A stretch of DNA of 64,000 nucleotides, taken from NCBI GenBank assembly GCA_023515725.1, contig JALDTO010000146.1, positions 992,001 through 1,056,000 of the forward strand, written 5' to 3'. The stretch comes from Amoeboaphelidium protococcarum X5. Lineage: Eukaryota; Fungi; Aphelidiomycota. Position numbers and translations under genes: made by a program. Each line of letters starts with the position of its first letter. Positions within the stretch are counted from its first letter, which is position 1. Under the pieces are notes generated by a model, which was not told where the DNA came from, made no database searches, and saw nothing but the letters and a program-made list of their open reading frames with translations. This document shows, piece by piece, positions 39,938 through 53,740 of the stretch.

Positions 39938-42900
39938 TCATTTTTCAAACATACCTGCAGCTTTCAGAGCAGATCTCAATGTACTTGAATTACCTTTGTG
40001 ATCATGAGAGTCGGATGAATTTTGCTTCTCACTAGGCTGCAGGCCAACTTTAAAGCCCACAGTCTTGCGTGGCGGACCGTGTCTAGAAGGGTGCTTGCTA
40101 TATTCAGATGATGTTATTCTCGACTTGTTGTTTCCACCGAAATTACTATTGCTGGTAGATTTACCGCTTCTAATCTGATGTAATTCATCTTCAGTGAGCT
40201 ACACTACAGACTTTAAGCGGTTAAGACTGACATCTTGTTTCCTTGACGCGCCAGAATTAGCAAGACCCATTGAGTTCTCATTGTCGTCCACTTGGAAGAG
40301 CCTCTTATATTGAGTAGCAATAGACTTGACAGTAGTAGACTAACTTTTAAATATTGTCGAGCTGACTTTCTAATCACCCCCAAGACTATCCTGGCTGTTA
40401 CTACCATCAATAATCCTACTCAGAACATCAGAAGATTTGAATCCAGTATCATTGGCATCTAACTACTCCAAAATTGATCGCTTCTTTGCAAACTCTTCCA
40501 AATGATCCAAGTCTGTGATAATCAATTCACCACCTGCTATTCCAAGATTAACGAATCCAGAATCTGCGCCGTGTTCATTCGTCCAATCTTCATCATCCTC
40601 GGCGTTATAAGTACTTCCGCCATTGATGGCATCGTTCGCATTACTACCAAGCGATTATTATCCACCCACAGTCTCATCCTAAAGCCTACGCCTCTTATTC
40701 AACATCCTTTTCTTCTTCTATTCAACATTCCGAGCCATAATCTTCTCAATCACAGAGCCAAACTGGCCATAATCTTCAACTTGATCTAATTCATTTAGGC
40801 CAAGATCACATTCATCTTCATCATCCTCCATCCGGCCAAACTTATTCACTTCTTCATTTTACTGATTAGCGGCCGCAGTCTTGGTCTTGCCTCTCAGCTG
40901 TCCAGCAGTTATCTTGACGGCATTCTTCACCTGTGCCAAGTCCTGTCTCCTCTCAAGTAAACCATGAAGCTCTCGCACCCTGTCATCTTGATCAATAAGC
41001 TCATCATCAGCGTATTCTTACAACAAATCAGCATCATTGGTAACGAATCCAGCCAATTCTTCTGCCAGGGCCTTTTCTCTATCCAACAGATCTCCATCGA
41101 CACCCCCCATATTCATAAACTCATCATCTTCCAAATCAGCTTCTTCATCAATAAACTCTGTTCTCTCTCTAAATTTAGCTTCAGTGTTGACTTTCGCATT
41201 GTTAAGATGACTATCATTATCTTATGAATTCTCATCTTCACTGGAAACATTTTAATCATCCTGCTCATTATCATCATCATCATCAGTATCAACAATTTTC
41301 CTCTTCTTCTTTCTCTAAGGTACATCATCCGGATCATGTAGCACTTGATCAATCTCACTGTCAGAGGACTCAGTTTACGCATCAACCAATGGAAAATTGC
41401 CATTATCGCCAACACCTAAAGCAATAGACTTCACATTAACATTCATACGAGCCAACATTCCTTTGATACCACCATTAGTATTATTCTTATTCACAGGAGC
41501 CTAAGTTTACAAATCTTCGCCTTGAGTTAGCAAATTGAATTCCTGATTATATGATTAATTCTCAATACTACCTTCATCTACAGCACTGTTATCATTAGTA
41601 GATGTATTGGCAGGAGAAACTGGGTTCTCATCATGCTTGGCAATAGTATCATTCTCATCACTAATATATTCATCAGACAAGATATCCAGAGTAGGTGATG
41701 GATCATTGCTATTCTACTTTGAAGACTTGATATCATAATCAAAACTAGAATCCTCAGATTTGTCCGAGTTATCATGATCTCCACCGTCTTCATCATCCTA
41801 TTGTTCTTCTTCAACCTAATCCAACACTGCACTTTCAATGGCTAATTCATTGTTATCACCGTCAACTTATACAACAGCAGTAGAACTTTCCTAATTAACA
41901 TACTTTACTTCAAAGTTGGATCTATTCTGCAAAGATATCTTCAATCGTGCCTCTTCCATCTTCTCTTTGAATGATAGAGACTTTTGATTGCTTCGATGTG
42001 CTGCAGCTTCTCTATCTAAGCCATGACGCCTTTTACTGCTCAAGATAATACCATCAAGGAGTGACTTGGATTTAATCTTTTTGAAATCAGCCACCACCTC
42101 AACACTTGTGGATGCAGAAAATTTGGATATCAGAGACTTGACATCAAACGTTTACTTCTTCATACTCTAATCTTAATGAAGTTAAGCTTACTTAAAGTCT
42201 TCAGTATTACTTTAAGGTACTTATATGCTATACTCAACCTCTTCATCCTCTTCTGCATCACAAAAATCTTCTTGATTCGCATTACCAAAAGTGGTTGCCT
42301 AATCCTGCGTCGTATCTTCACATTATCCGCCACCACCACGGACAATCTTTATCATGTCTTGAAGAGTGATACGCTCATTAGCAGGTTCAAGAGTGAGCAA
42401 GGCGGCTCTATTTAATCGAGCAGTTTACAACCTCAACTCCTCAATCTTCTTCTTGCTCAACTTCTTCTACTTTCTGCTTTTTTTACGACTATTTCCATCA
42501 CAATCGCTGTCACCATCATCATCACTATCATTATTGGACTTTTTAGACTTTCTACGCACTGACGATTTGCCTCTTTTCTTCACAGCTTTATCATTACTAG
42601 CTTCGGAATCTCCATCAGCCTCTGTCTCTGATAATGAACTCTCATCACTATCTTCCAAACTCAAATGCAGATTATCTCTAGGATCAGGGACTGGTGCATT
42701 GTCAAGATCACTGTCAGAGTCAACCGTATCTGCAGAGAGAAAGAACTTAGGCAATTTCTTTAATAACTTCTACATTTTTCTATCCCTCTTGGCAACATCT
42801 ATTGATTAAGAGGACTCTGTCGCAACTTATTATTACTATTACGGGTGGTTGGTATGATCTTGAACATTCTCTTGAGCGGTCAATTCTTAAGACGACTGAG

Positions 42901-43135
42901 ATTCCAGAGAGTCACTTTGATCACCACCATCATCATCACTTTCACCACTTATACCAACATCTTCACTGCCAGACATTGAGACACCTTCAATTTTATTATT
43001 AGGACCAATGACGGACTATTTATTCACCTCAGCCATACTCAAATACTTGTTGGCAATACTTTAAACTTTATAATCATCAACTCCAGCATCATCATCATCA
43101 TCGGTACTATTTTCAATTCTAAACTTGGACGCCAT
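39938..43135 (-). CDS. MRC1: Mrc1/Claspin-like replication checkpoint mediator
   Basis: Highly acidic, about 1065 aa, single frame; FIDEEADLEDDEFMNMGG...ITAGQLRGK matches the MRC1 domain pattern. Confidence 0.7.
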
Positions 43136-43520
43136 ACTATATAATGTAGCAGTACGTACTTACTGATCTTATATGCACTAATAATGACGACTATAAACGA
43201 TTACTGTACAGAGTGAACGTAGTGAGTTAGTTCTCAGAGCAGAAAAGAGCAAAAATCTCTGAAACAGAGAATCTCTCGCTGAGTTTCGCGTGGTTTGGGG
43301 CGTACGGCAAGTTTGTCTCTCTCACTCTCAATACGGTACGATTGCAGATTAGATAGCTCTAGTAGAAAATTCTTAATATAGTTGTAGTCGCATGTCAAAA
43401 TAAATAACGTAGTAAAATAAAACCAAGAAGCGAATGGGAAAGTGAATGGTAAAGCCAAAAAGTATAGCTTTTCATTGTGCTACAAGTATCCCTCTAGAAC
43501 GGGTCAACCGACAATCACCT

Positions 43521-44747
43521 TCAGTTCTTACCAGTGACTGAACGTTTGGCGACGCGTACGATATTCTCAATGGTTGGAAGACTGGCATCTTCCAGGTTCT
43601 TGGCATACGGCATTGGGATATCAGCACCGGTGACACGCAAGATTGGACCATCCAGGTGATCGAATCCCTCACCTTCACTGATCTGGGATGAGATCTCACT
43701 TCCCACACCAAACATTGGCCATCCACCTTCGACAGTGACGAGACGGTTCGTCTTCTTGATCGACTTCAGGATAGTGTCCATATCCAGTGGACGGATGGAA
43801 CGCAAATTGATCACCTCCGCAGATATGCCGTGCTTCTCCTTCAGCAACTTAGCAGCCTCAATACAGTGACCGACTGGGCGAGAGTGTGCCACCAGAGTCA
43901 CATCGCTTCCCTGAACTTCAACATTGGCTTTGCCAATCTCCAGTACAAAATCATCCTTTAAAGCCTCATCTGGCATAGGGAAACTGACACCGTACAGCAG
44001 TTCATTCTCCAAGAAGATGCAAGGATTAGGATCGCGGATGCAAGCCTTCAATAATCCCTTGGCATCATAAGCGGACCATGGGGACACAACTTTCATACCG
44101 GGAACTGAGCCATACCATGCAGCAAAACACTGAGAATGTTGAGCAGCAACTCCACTAGCAGCTCCGTTCGGTCCACGGAACACGATCGGCACAGTGGCCA
44201 CAGCACCGCTCATGTACCTCTACTTGGCAGCACTGTTCACTATTTGATCAATCGCCTACAGATAAATTTGAAAATAACACATTTAAATAACAGTTGAAAC
44301 TGGAGGCGCGAATAGAGATAAGGCGTACCTGCATGGAAAAGTTCCAAGTCATAAATTCACAGATTGGCTTGAGGCCGTGCATTGCAGCACCTACAGCCAT
44401 ACCGGCGAACCCACTCTCCGTGATCGGAGTGTCGATAACACGCTTTGCACCAAACTTATCCAGAAGACCCTTTGAGATCTTATAAGCTCCATTGTATTGA
44501 GCAACTTCTTCGCCTAGTAGGAACACGGTAGGATCTCTCGTCATCTCCTCTTCCATGGCTTAGTTTAAAGCTTCGCGCACAGTCACCTACACCATTCCGA
44601 TTACAGCAGATGTTATAAGTCGCGCTTATATACGATTTAACTAAGGCATACCTATACTTGGGACTGACTTGCTAATAGTCGCTTCTACATATTCTTAACT
44701 CCACCAGCGGTAGACTTGATTAATCGGCCACTTTTGATCATCATCAT
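43521..44747 (-). CDS. PDB1: Pyruvate dehydrogenase E1 beta subunit (introns 44256-44328 and 44587-44651)
   Basis: [51 protein letters not shown]. Confidence 0.96.
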
Positions 44748-44891
44748 TGTTGTTGAGTATTTTAACTTTGTCTCTCGGAACGAAAAAGTTTTGACGATCA
44801 AACGCTGTTAATCGCTACTTGGATAGAAAATACAATTTCAATAACTATAAGAATTTAATCTATTCAATTGATATGTAGTTGATGTTCATAG

Positions 44892-46178
44892 TCAATTAGG
44901 TGCTTGGTAGGATTTAAGCCATTCTTAAGTCTAGTCGCCGTATTGGCTATCAAGCGCTGGTAATAACCAAATTCTGAGTACACCATCTTCAGGATAAGTA
45001 AAGCGTTTTCTTTGACATGCATTTAACACCGATTCTCCTGTGGATACTTCAGACCACATTACACGGTCATATTAGGCATCAAGCGGGACATATAAGGATA
45101 CGGATTGAGGTTTATATGCACTACTACCTTCGAAATCGAAATCGTCTCTGTCAGCAAGAACCTCTTCAAGAAGATCCACCCACCGCGTCTACTCATCGAC
45201 ACATTGTAACACGTCAAATCTCGATGGTAAAGGGTACACAATTATTATGGGCAGCATAAGGGAGCATTGATTTAAATCTACTTCACTGCAAACATCTGGT
45301 TTATAATCAAAGCCAGCAGGTAAAGTGAATAGCGCTGTAGATAACGTCTGAGGACCAAGTTCTGTACTGCATAATTACTACCTCAACCATTGCGCATTCT
45401 ACAGATTGATCTTCTTGCCTCTAAAAGCTTCAAGTATCTGATTTTATTTTTATTAAAGAGCCTCAGACTTTTGCAACTTACTCTACTGCTCAAGAGTATA
45501 GCGATTGTACTACTTATCCGCTTCTTGCATCAACGCAGTAAAATCACGTCGCTGACTCTCATTAACAAGACTTAATGCAAACAGAATACATTGCTTAGAC
45601 TCTTCAAATTTCTGCAGAGCTAACGTAGCTTTAGAATATCTATAACACGCTTTAAGAAGACTATTGTCCAGTTGCTGCTTTTCACATATTTATGACGATG
45701 TGGCTGCACTCTATCCAGTCTTGATAACCACACCAGAATCAAGAATACAACTCTTATAATTTTGAAGCTCTAAATGCACAGCCGCTCTATTACTGTAGAT
45801 CTGCATGGTCAATAGAATATCCACCTACTTTCTGTTATCATCTCGCTCTAGCAATGCAATACCTTTACCATACTTTTCCAGTGCCACAGTCAAGTATTGG
45901 CGATATTTTGACGCGTCAACATTCTTCTATTTGAACTCCTTCTTGGCCTCGACGAATATCTCATTTCCGCTCACCTTCCATCTCTCCACCACCTCTTGCA
46001 CCGTCTCTCCCTCTATCAAGTCATCGCTCATCAACTGCTGGAATGCTTATAGCTGTGGATTGTCTTTCATATCAGCGGGAGATGTTTTATTGCTCATAAA
46101 TAGCGGGATCTGGTCCATCTCCTGTGCCCAGTTATCTTCACTCAGTGGCTACCAATCTGTACCTTTAGTTGCCATCAT
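44892..46178 (-). CDS. CNS1: Hsp70/Hsp90 co-chaperone Cns1/TTC4
   Basis: IPLFM...NPQLQAFQQL N-terminus, TPR with YSNRAAVHLELQNY, C-terminal wheel-like region. Confidence 0.85.
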
Positions 46179-46389
46179 ATGACCCAAGAAATCCATATCA
46201 TCTTCTCCCTGATTCTACGCGTTATTCACCATCTTAAATTGATCAAAGTTGAGAATTTTTTGAATAAATGGCAGTTTATGACCGGCGATTTCTTAATCAA
46301 TCTTGCGCGTTTTTTTTTGTACTTGACAGTTTTGATAGGCAGAGAAAAGTCTTGGCCTATCAAACTTTCCTTCTTTAAAAAAAGGAAAA

Positions 46390-46932
46390 ATGGAAAAATC
46401 AACGCCCTCGCCCACAACAAGTGAAAGCAGCACTTACTCCATCCATGACCCACCTGGGTACATCAAGCCTTCTTTGCAAGACATGCTCCTCACCGACATT
46501 ACTGCTGAAGAGTTGTTGAAAATTGCGGAACGACTTGGAGTGGACTATTTGGGACCAGCAGCTGAATTTCCTTGTTCATTCCCGAAATCTGGGAAAATTC
46601 ATGGAAATAACAAGCGACTTATGGTCTCTCTCTCTTGATGCAGAGAGAGAAAGAACTCAAAGCCTATCAACATCATCTTCCTCATCTACACTGGCTCCCC
46701 AAACACTTTTCTGTGTGAGAAAGCTATGGAGGCACTAATTGGAAAGCCTGGATGCAATATTGGCTCGACGATGGATGTCATGATTTATTCTGATACTGTT
46801 ATCACTTGCCATTTATCTCCTCATGACAAACATTTTTCGGATGTCAATGTGCTTGGAATGGATTTCTTGTCCGAAAATTAGCTCTCTCTTTCAATGGATT
46901 ATAAGCATAAATCCTTTGAGCTGAATTTATGA
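46390..46932 (+). pseudogene. Retropepsin-like aspartic protease homolog with in-frame TGA (46636) and Tyr at the catalytic Asp position
   Basis: Frame continues past TGA into NIIFLIYTGSPNTFLC...DVNVLGMDFL, matching the hhDTGS / hLGMDF retropepsin signature except D>Y. Confidence 0.65.
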
Positions 46933-47074
46933 GATGAAAGCGATTTGTCTAGTTCCATATGAAAGGACTGTTGCGATTGGCTTTATTGCAACTGAATCTA
47001 ATCAAGGTGTCCCGGGTTCTGATGAATAGGGTAATGTTTGATTGTCCAAGTAATTATCTTTATTATCGAGCTTG

Positions 47075-47544
47075 ATGAATTCTTTATTATCAGCATTTAT
47101 CCTAGCGTTCGTTGTCAAAACTTATAATGCAACGACAGGTAGAAAGAAGTCTTTACTCACCTTATCGCAAAATCTTTGATTGTAACTAGTATAGACTTTA
47201 ATGAGCGTGCTTAAATCCAAGTCCTGTCCTAATTTTCATAGATGACAGAAATTACCGATATCTATGTGCAAAGAAGTTAAATTTAACGCGTCTATTGGTA
47301 GCATAATATACCTCCTACACTAATCCATGATTTTGCCCAAAATACAAGCGCAAGGTTAGAGGGACAGCTTGTTAGCCCCCTCCCCTTAAAGGTATTAAAG
47401 CTACTTGAATCGCTCTGATTGAGATGAAACTACCGTGTTTATTTGGACAAGACGAGTTTGTTTGAACAGTTATCTGCTGGCAGAGCATACTAAGCAGACT
47501 GAGTGAGATATATTAAAAGAATTGCCAGAGACATGCTGAAGATT
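47075..47544 (+). pseudogene. Degenerate secreted-protein gene, copy 1 (homologous to 54713-55175)
   Basis: Hydrophobic leader MNSLLSAFILAFVV, putative intron 47139-47194, spliced ORF stops at TGA 47416; homology continues beyond the stop. Confidence 0.45.
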
Positions 47545-47903
47545 TTTAATGCTCAAACGATGAATTTAAGAACGAAAGCTACAAAGGCCAATCGAAAAGT
47601 TAATCCTATTTTCATTTATAGGCTTGTCGGATTTTGTTAGGTGGGTCACTGAACACAGCAGTGAGGACACCAGAAGATTGGGAAACACAGCCCCGATGGG
47701 AAACACAGCCCGGATGAGCATACAAGCTCGGAGAGAAGACACAGCTTCCATTACTATTTTATTCACTCATACATTAAAGTCATGTTAATCGGTCACTCTG
47801 GGAAAGAGGCGCGTCTCCTTGATCACTCCTTGATGAACTCAACTCTAATAACCTTCGACACATCCCACTCGTCTAACAGATTTCAGTTAAAGTTGAATAC
47901 TGT

Positions 47904-48659
47904 ATGATGTAGATGATAAATTGCAGAGTGGTTAAAAGACTGTTTAGATCGAATTGGATATAGGAGAGTACCAGATTTTAGAGATAGAGAGGAGGAGGAT
48001 GGTAGTGGCTAAATGGCGTTAATCCAGAGCCCGTGATCTACAGTTTGATCGGCGTCAATCTGCTGGTCTTTCTCGAGTGGTAGCGGCGAGAGTATAATGC
48101 TAAACGGAATGGTGATTACAGGGGATATAAGTAGATGCTGGATAATTTCACCGTGTCAGGGAGCGGAGTGTTGAAAGAGCATCGATATCATACTCTGCTA
48201 ACGTCAATGTTCTCACACAAGGATGTGCTGCATCTTGCCATGAATATGCTGGGTCTTTACAGCTTTGGTCCTTCGCTAGCTTACTCAATCGGACTCAAGA
48301 GATTCCTCTTATTATATCTAGGTGGAGGATTAGCCTCATCAACCACATCCGCTCTCTATCACTATGGATCTAGTTCTAATAATGCCTGGCCGCAGGAGGT
48401 TCGTTCAATGGGTGCCAGTGGTGGTTTGATGAGCATGTTCACCAATTTCGCTCTCCTCTTTCCTCATTCGTAAGTTTGGGTGTTGGTCTTCCCTGTGCCT
48501 TCTAGAGTGGCTCTAATTGGATTTGCAGTATATGATTTCTTTTTCATGGGTAGTGGCGGTGGTGGTGGTACACGCATTGATCATGTTGGCCATCTGGGCG
48601 GGTTAGCCTTCGGTGCCCTGTCAACAGCTCTGCTATTCAGAGGTCGCATAAGATGGTGA
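47904..48659 (+). CDS. Rhomboid intramembrane serine protease, PARL/Pcp1-like
   Basis: TSMFSH..HLAMNM, catalytic GASGG and HVGHLGG; Arg-rich N-terminus. Confidence 0.88.
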
Positions 48660-48727
48660 ATTTGTCAAAGTAATAATGAAATGTAAAATGATCCATAAAA
48701 ATAACTTCATATTATTTAAAAATTAAT

Positions 48728-50593
48728 TCAATTCTTCATGGCAACTATCATTGGAGGGTAGTCATTCTTGCGCATAACATTGTACCCAAACATCATGTTA
48801 GCATTCTGCAGTATCAGAGGGTATTCAGTGTCTGAAGGTACTGGGCGAACATCTTTATCACTCATCAGTAGAGGATTATACGTTTGATTATTGTAACTTA
48901 TAAAGGACGAATCCGATGTAACGCGCGCCAGTAGTCTACACACCATTCTGCGCTAGAAAGCAGGTCTCTAATCTAACAGTTGATCAGGTGCAGACAATAC
49001 GAATCCTACGCAACCTGAAATTCCATCTCGACCAGTCATAGCGGCAGAAAAGTTATTGCACGTCTCCCGGCACTGGCTCATCTGATACACATATCTCAGA
49101 TCCAAAATGGCATACAGCTGATCATCATTAAACGATTTGTTGAACATGTATGGATTAACACGCTTCGATGGATACGTGTAAATGAACTCTGTTCTATTCT
49201 TGTACGTGTATCCATCATTGCCACATTCAAAGTTGGTGTTCTGACACAAATGTCGACACTTTCCAAATGGACCACATGCTTGCTGATAGAAAAACTTCCA
49301 CTACCCATTCCCACACTCTCTATCAATGTATGGCTCACCACCGTGCGGACAGATGGACCAGTAATCTTTTTCCATAGTCAACTTACCGGAACAACGCGTA
49401 GGCATATAAACAGACCACTCGCACTTGAACTCCATCTCTCCAGCGTCTGGATCCCATTTGATCATCTCCAATTCATTTCGCTTGCGTGGTATGAACACGT
49501 CTCGCAGCAAGGTCCAGAAAGTGTCATTGTTCTACACGGCGAAGAAGATAAAGAAGCCCAGTACAGCGACCAGAGCTACACCAACAAAAATCTATGACGC
49601 TGATAGAGCAGCTACCCAAGCAGCACTAGCTTAAACTATAGCTCCTACTCCTTGAGAAATCAATGGAGCGAGACTGGTCTTCAGTGCCTGGACAACCTGG
49701 ACAGCCAGCCAAGATAACAAACCAGCATTAATCACCTAAAATGATCCAGATATGCCCATTATAGCCTACTGCTTGGTATTACTTCCCTGGTCAATAGGAG
49801 TCTATCTCTCATTCACGAGAGGAGCGACGACTTTATCAATATTCTTATTCGCTGCGACAATCAAATCTATTGCGGCATTAGATTACTTGTACTGAGTGTC
49901 AAAGCAATCGCCTATACGATAGCACGGAGACCCAATGATACACTTTTGGAAGGCAAAATCATTTTCAATTCCAGACAGTCCAGATGTGCACTTGGTATCT
50001 TCTCTTACAAACATGTTAAATCTGCTGATATTACCATCAGCGACAGGAGAAGTCAGATTCACATTACAGATATCCAGTCTCTATCTGGCTTCGTGGCATA
50101 TGCCGGGATAGAGAGTGAAATTATGAGTCAGAGTTTTGGTGACCACCTCCCTAAATTCATTCACCGTGATATTTCCATCCTGATTACCATCAAAAATATT
50201 TGTAGATTGATCTTTATAGTCTTGAACTAGTGCTTTAAACAGAGGATCCATCGACGCGTTTTTGGGCGATTCCAACTGCTCCATGCCAGCCTGCAGCTAC
50301 TCGACAGTGATCACCCCAGATTTATTAGGCGTGATCTTATTGAATGTCTTATTCAATTGCGCGTCCAGCTTATCTTGGTCACTATCAAAAAGAATTGCAA
50401 ACAGATTGGTTGACGTGTTGGCATATTACTAGTTGTTAATCGTTATAACGCTCAAGAAGTGATTCTCTTGGGATGGCGTTTAGAAATGCTTAGTCTATGT
50501 GGGCAGAGTCAATGGCAGCAGTGGAGTATCATTTGCCGATATTAATCCACACACAGATATCACAACTACACCAAAAAGTTTTGACGCGTACAT
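48728..50593 (-). CDS. Unknown secreted/membrane protein (621 aa): signal peptide, EF-hand pair, hydrophobic core, Cys-rich/PAN-like C-terminus
   Basis: ATG 50593 MYASKLFGVVVISVCGLISA; FDGNQDGNITVNEF canonical EF loop; five standard-code fragments share one frame. Confidence 0.75.
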
Positions 50594-51168
50594 TACGATT
50601 CAATACTAAGAATATAGTAATTATGGCAAGAATAGTGAATTGCGATAGATTGTGATAAGTCACACGAACAATGTTAATGTTACCCCTTAAAGATGTCACT
50701 GGAGATGCGAGAGGAGTATTCACTAACACCATATCAGTTTATAATTTTGAGATAATGATAAAAATATAAAGGCTATTAATGAGTTTGAGTCGCTATTCAA
50801 ATTCCAAATCGGTGAGCAGTTGTGCAAAGCTGTCTTAAGATTTGACAGATTGAGTGAAAACATAGGTTCTATTTAAGCGAGTAACTTTAACTTGCAGTCG
50901 ACGACAATATTGGTCTTCATAAAAACGATTTACTTTATAGATTCTAAAATTGCATTTTCTCATTACATTCCACCAATAAGCATGAGTTTGCGTACAAACG
51001 TCGTATGACAGCCAGGATGGAACTATACGCGCCGTTTAGAAATGACACACTCGACTGTTTAAACACGCGGTCCAATTTGTGTCAACTCGAAAGCTTTCAT
51101 AATCCACCTGTCATTGTGGCTTTCTAGATTGTCAACTTCCCTTTTCTTTTCTAAATAAGCACTCAGTA

Positions 51169-52140
51169 ATGGATTTAGAAAAGTCAACAGAAAAGCTGGT
51201 CAGTACTCACGCAGGTGATGGCGATGAGTTTCAACCTATACAGCCGTTATCTTGGAAAGACTTTAAAATACGAGCCTCGAACATTCACTATGTATTTGGC
51301 ACTCCGGATGGTGATGGTGGCAACCTGCATATTCAAGTGGGTTCATTTTTGTTATTTTACGCTGCTATTTAGCATTTCTGCGACTTGGATGCTTTGTGGA
51401 GTATCATTGCGGGCAAGTACTTTGATAACTCCTATGATCAGTTCTTACTAGTGGTAGTTGGTGGATTCTCGGTAACATCTTTGGCGTACTGGGTGGCAGC
51501 TGCTGTGTATACATTGCTGGAATTCTGGCCTGGCGCGTCGCAGTTCAAGTTGTAACCTGAATGCAAGACTTCATGGTAGGATATAAAATCCGCTGCTTTA
51601 AATGTTTTACGCAATCAGTTGGTGGTAAATCTGCCACTTACTGTTTCATATTGGCTTGTAATGACTCGCGTCGACTGGTCATTACTATAGCCGTTTCCGA
51701 CCGTATGGCGCTTAATTCTGGACATTTTTGTGATTGCCGCAGTTGATGAAGTACTATTATACTTCTTCCATCGCCTGTGTCATACATAGACATTTTGGCG
51801 TTTCCATAAGATTCATCATCAGTTCAAGTCTCCAACGGGAGTAGCTGCTGTTTCAGCCCATCCAGTTGAACATTTACTGGTGAATACTCTTCCAATGCTG
51901 GTCGGCCCAATGATAATGCGTAGTCACTTTGCTTTAGTGATTATATGGATTTGTGCTGCTCAAATCGCTGCCATACACGCTCACTGTGGCCACAAGTATC
52001 CTTCGATGAATACTCCCGCTTTACACGACATGCACCATCGCGTTGGTTACTGCAACTATGGCCCTTTCGGAGTTCTGGACAGACTATTTGGAACTTACAA
52101 ACAGCCTCCACCGTTATCTGAATTGAATAATGTCAAGTGA
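51169..52140 (+). CDS. Fatty acid hydroxylase / sterol desaturase superfamily protein (FAXDC2-like)
   Basis: His boxes HRLCH, HKIHH, HAHCG, HDMHH; NYG..GVLDRLFGT. Confidence 0.88.
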
Positions 52141-52170
52141 TTTTCTGAATTGAATAATGTCAAGTGATTT
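52117..52170 (+). repeat. Perfect 27-nt tandem duplication spanning the stop codon
   Basis: tctgaattgaataatgtcaagtgattt twice. Confidence 0.9.
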
Positions 52171-52637
52171 ATATTTAATAGCGTTTTCTTGGTACGTTTC
52201 TTAATCATTCAAGTATTTGGATGTTATCGATAATGTCGGGCGAGTTTTGTAACGATTGAAAACCTTGTTTTCAATGACAATATTAATAAAAAGCGGTGAA
52301 CTTTTTTGGTACACATCGTACACTCGGTAATGTAAAGTGCGTTATTGAAATATCATAATTCAGCTTCAGGAGGACACTACTGCAAACACCCGTCCGAGAG
52401 TACTTGATACGCAAATATCACGATGAATAATCAAATCAAATCGCGATCTTGAATTATGACAAAAAAATTGCGAAAATTTTCAAACTGCTTTGCAATTTTT
52501 GTGGCCGTCATCGGATCGATCGATTGAATTCGTAAATACTTGCTCCACTTACAGTAGATAAGTGATATCCCGCCGCAAATAGCCGTAAGCCTCTATTTGC
52601 TCCTCTTCTTTAGCAAACTCCGCGTATATCGATAAGA

Positions 52638-53555
52638 ATGAAGTGCGAGTCTCAGGCGTGTGTAATAGTCTTGACGTATGTATTTCCTGCTCTGGGTGTG
52701 ATAACTGGAACTTTGGTCAATCTCTCAGCGCTGCCTTCGATATTGAAGATTCATAGATTTATGACTCGCCAGTTCAAGTCGGCGGTGTTGTTGAACGATA
52801 TCGATGCTGACAAGAGACCGGTGATGATAAATCCTCTACCATATGCCTTCCAACTTCCGAATGCTCTGGCTTGGGTCTTTTACTCGTTTGTTGTCAAGGA
52901 TTACTTTATCGCTGCCGTGAATTTCTTGGGATGTATACTCCCCGTCTACTATCTAGTGATGCTTCAAGTTTATGGATCGTATTTGATAGTCGCCTAGAAG
53001 AGAAGTGCTAATTCTCTTGGTATGTCCAAAATGTAATCTATCAGCGAAGATGCTTTGAGTCCGCGCGGCTCTACCCAAGTTATGATGGAAGATGACCAGT
53101 AGTAGTCGCAGGCGACCGCTGTTGATGTCAAATTGGTGTCTAGTTAACTGGCGTAGAGTTTATTAGTCACCACCGTGACTTTTGGTATCAATCTAATCTT
53201 GGCTATCATTGTGTTTATTCCCCTAACTCCAAGAGAAAATGCTGAGCAGTATTTTGCCGCCAGAAAGATGATATTCGGAGTGGCGTCTCTGATTTTTCTA
53301 ACCTTCTTGTACGTGGCCCCGCTGTCTGTTTTGTATAGAATTCTCAAGTTGAGATTCGAGTCCAAGGTGCGCGAACTCATCTACATTCCACTTGCGATTG
53401 CCATGATTATGAATGGCTCCTTATGGTCTGTTTACGGTTTTGTTCTCAATGACTATTTCATCTGGTTCCCGAATGTTGTCGCTGTTGTAGTTGGAGTTTT
53501 GCAAGTTATATTGGTGTCCATTTTTGGAAAGGCTCCGCCAGTACACGAGCTTTGA
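52638..53555 (+). CDS. SWEET (MtN3/saliva) sugar transporter, copy 1
   Basis: INPLPY...NALAWVFYS, YVAPLS, NGSLWSVYG...DYFIWFPN. Confidence 0.88.
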
Positions 53556-53740
53556 TACTTTGTAAATAGCGATATAGTCTTGCTTTACACACGCGCTTGT
53601 AATTTTTATGACGAATTTCAGATCCCAGATCGCGCTCCTCTTCCTTCTTAGCCATTTTTCGCCTTTTGGTTTGAAATAATTTTCATAATTTTTGGCTCCC
53701 ACGATATAAATTTTCCCGCCAGCTATCAATTGTATTCAAA

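Noticed and set aside
47680-47717. 18-nt tandem repeat gggaaacacagccc(c/g)gat, two copies
   Set aside because: Two copies only, with no evidence of function.
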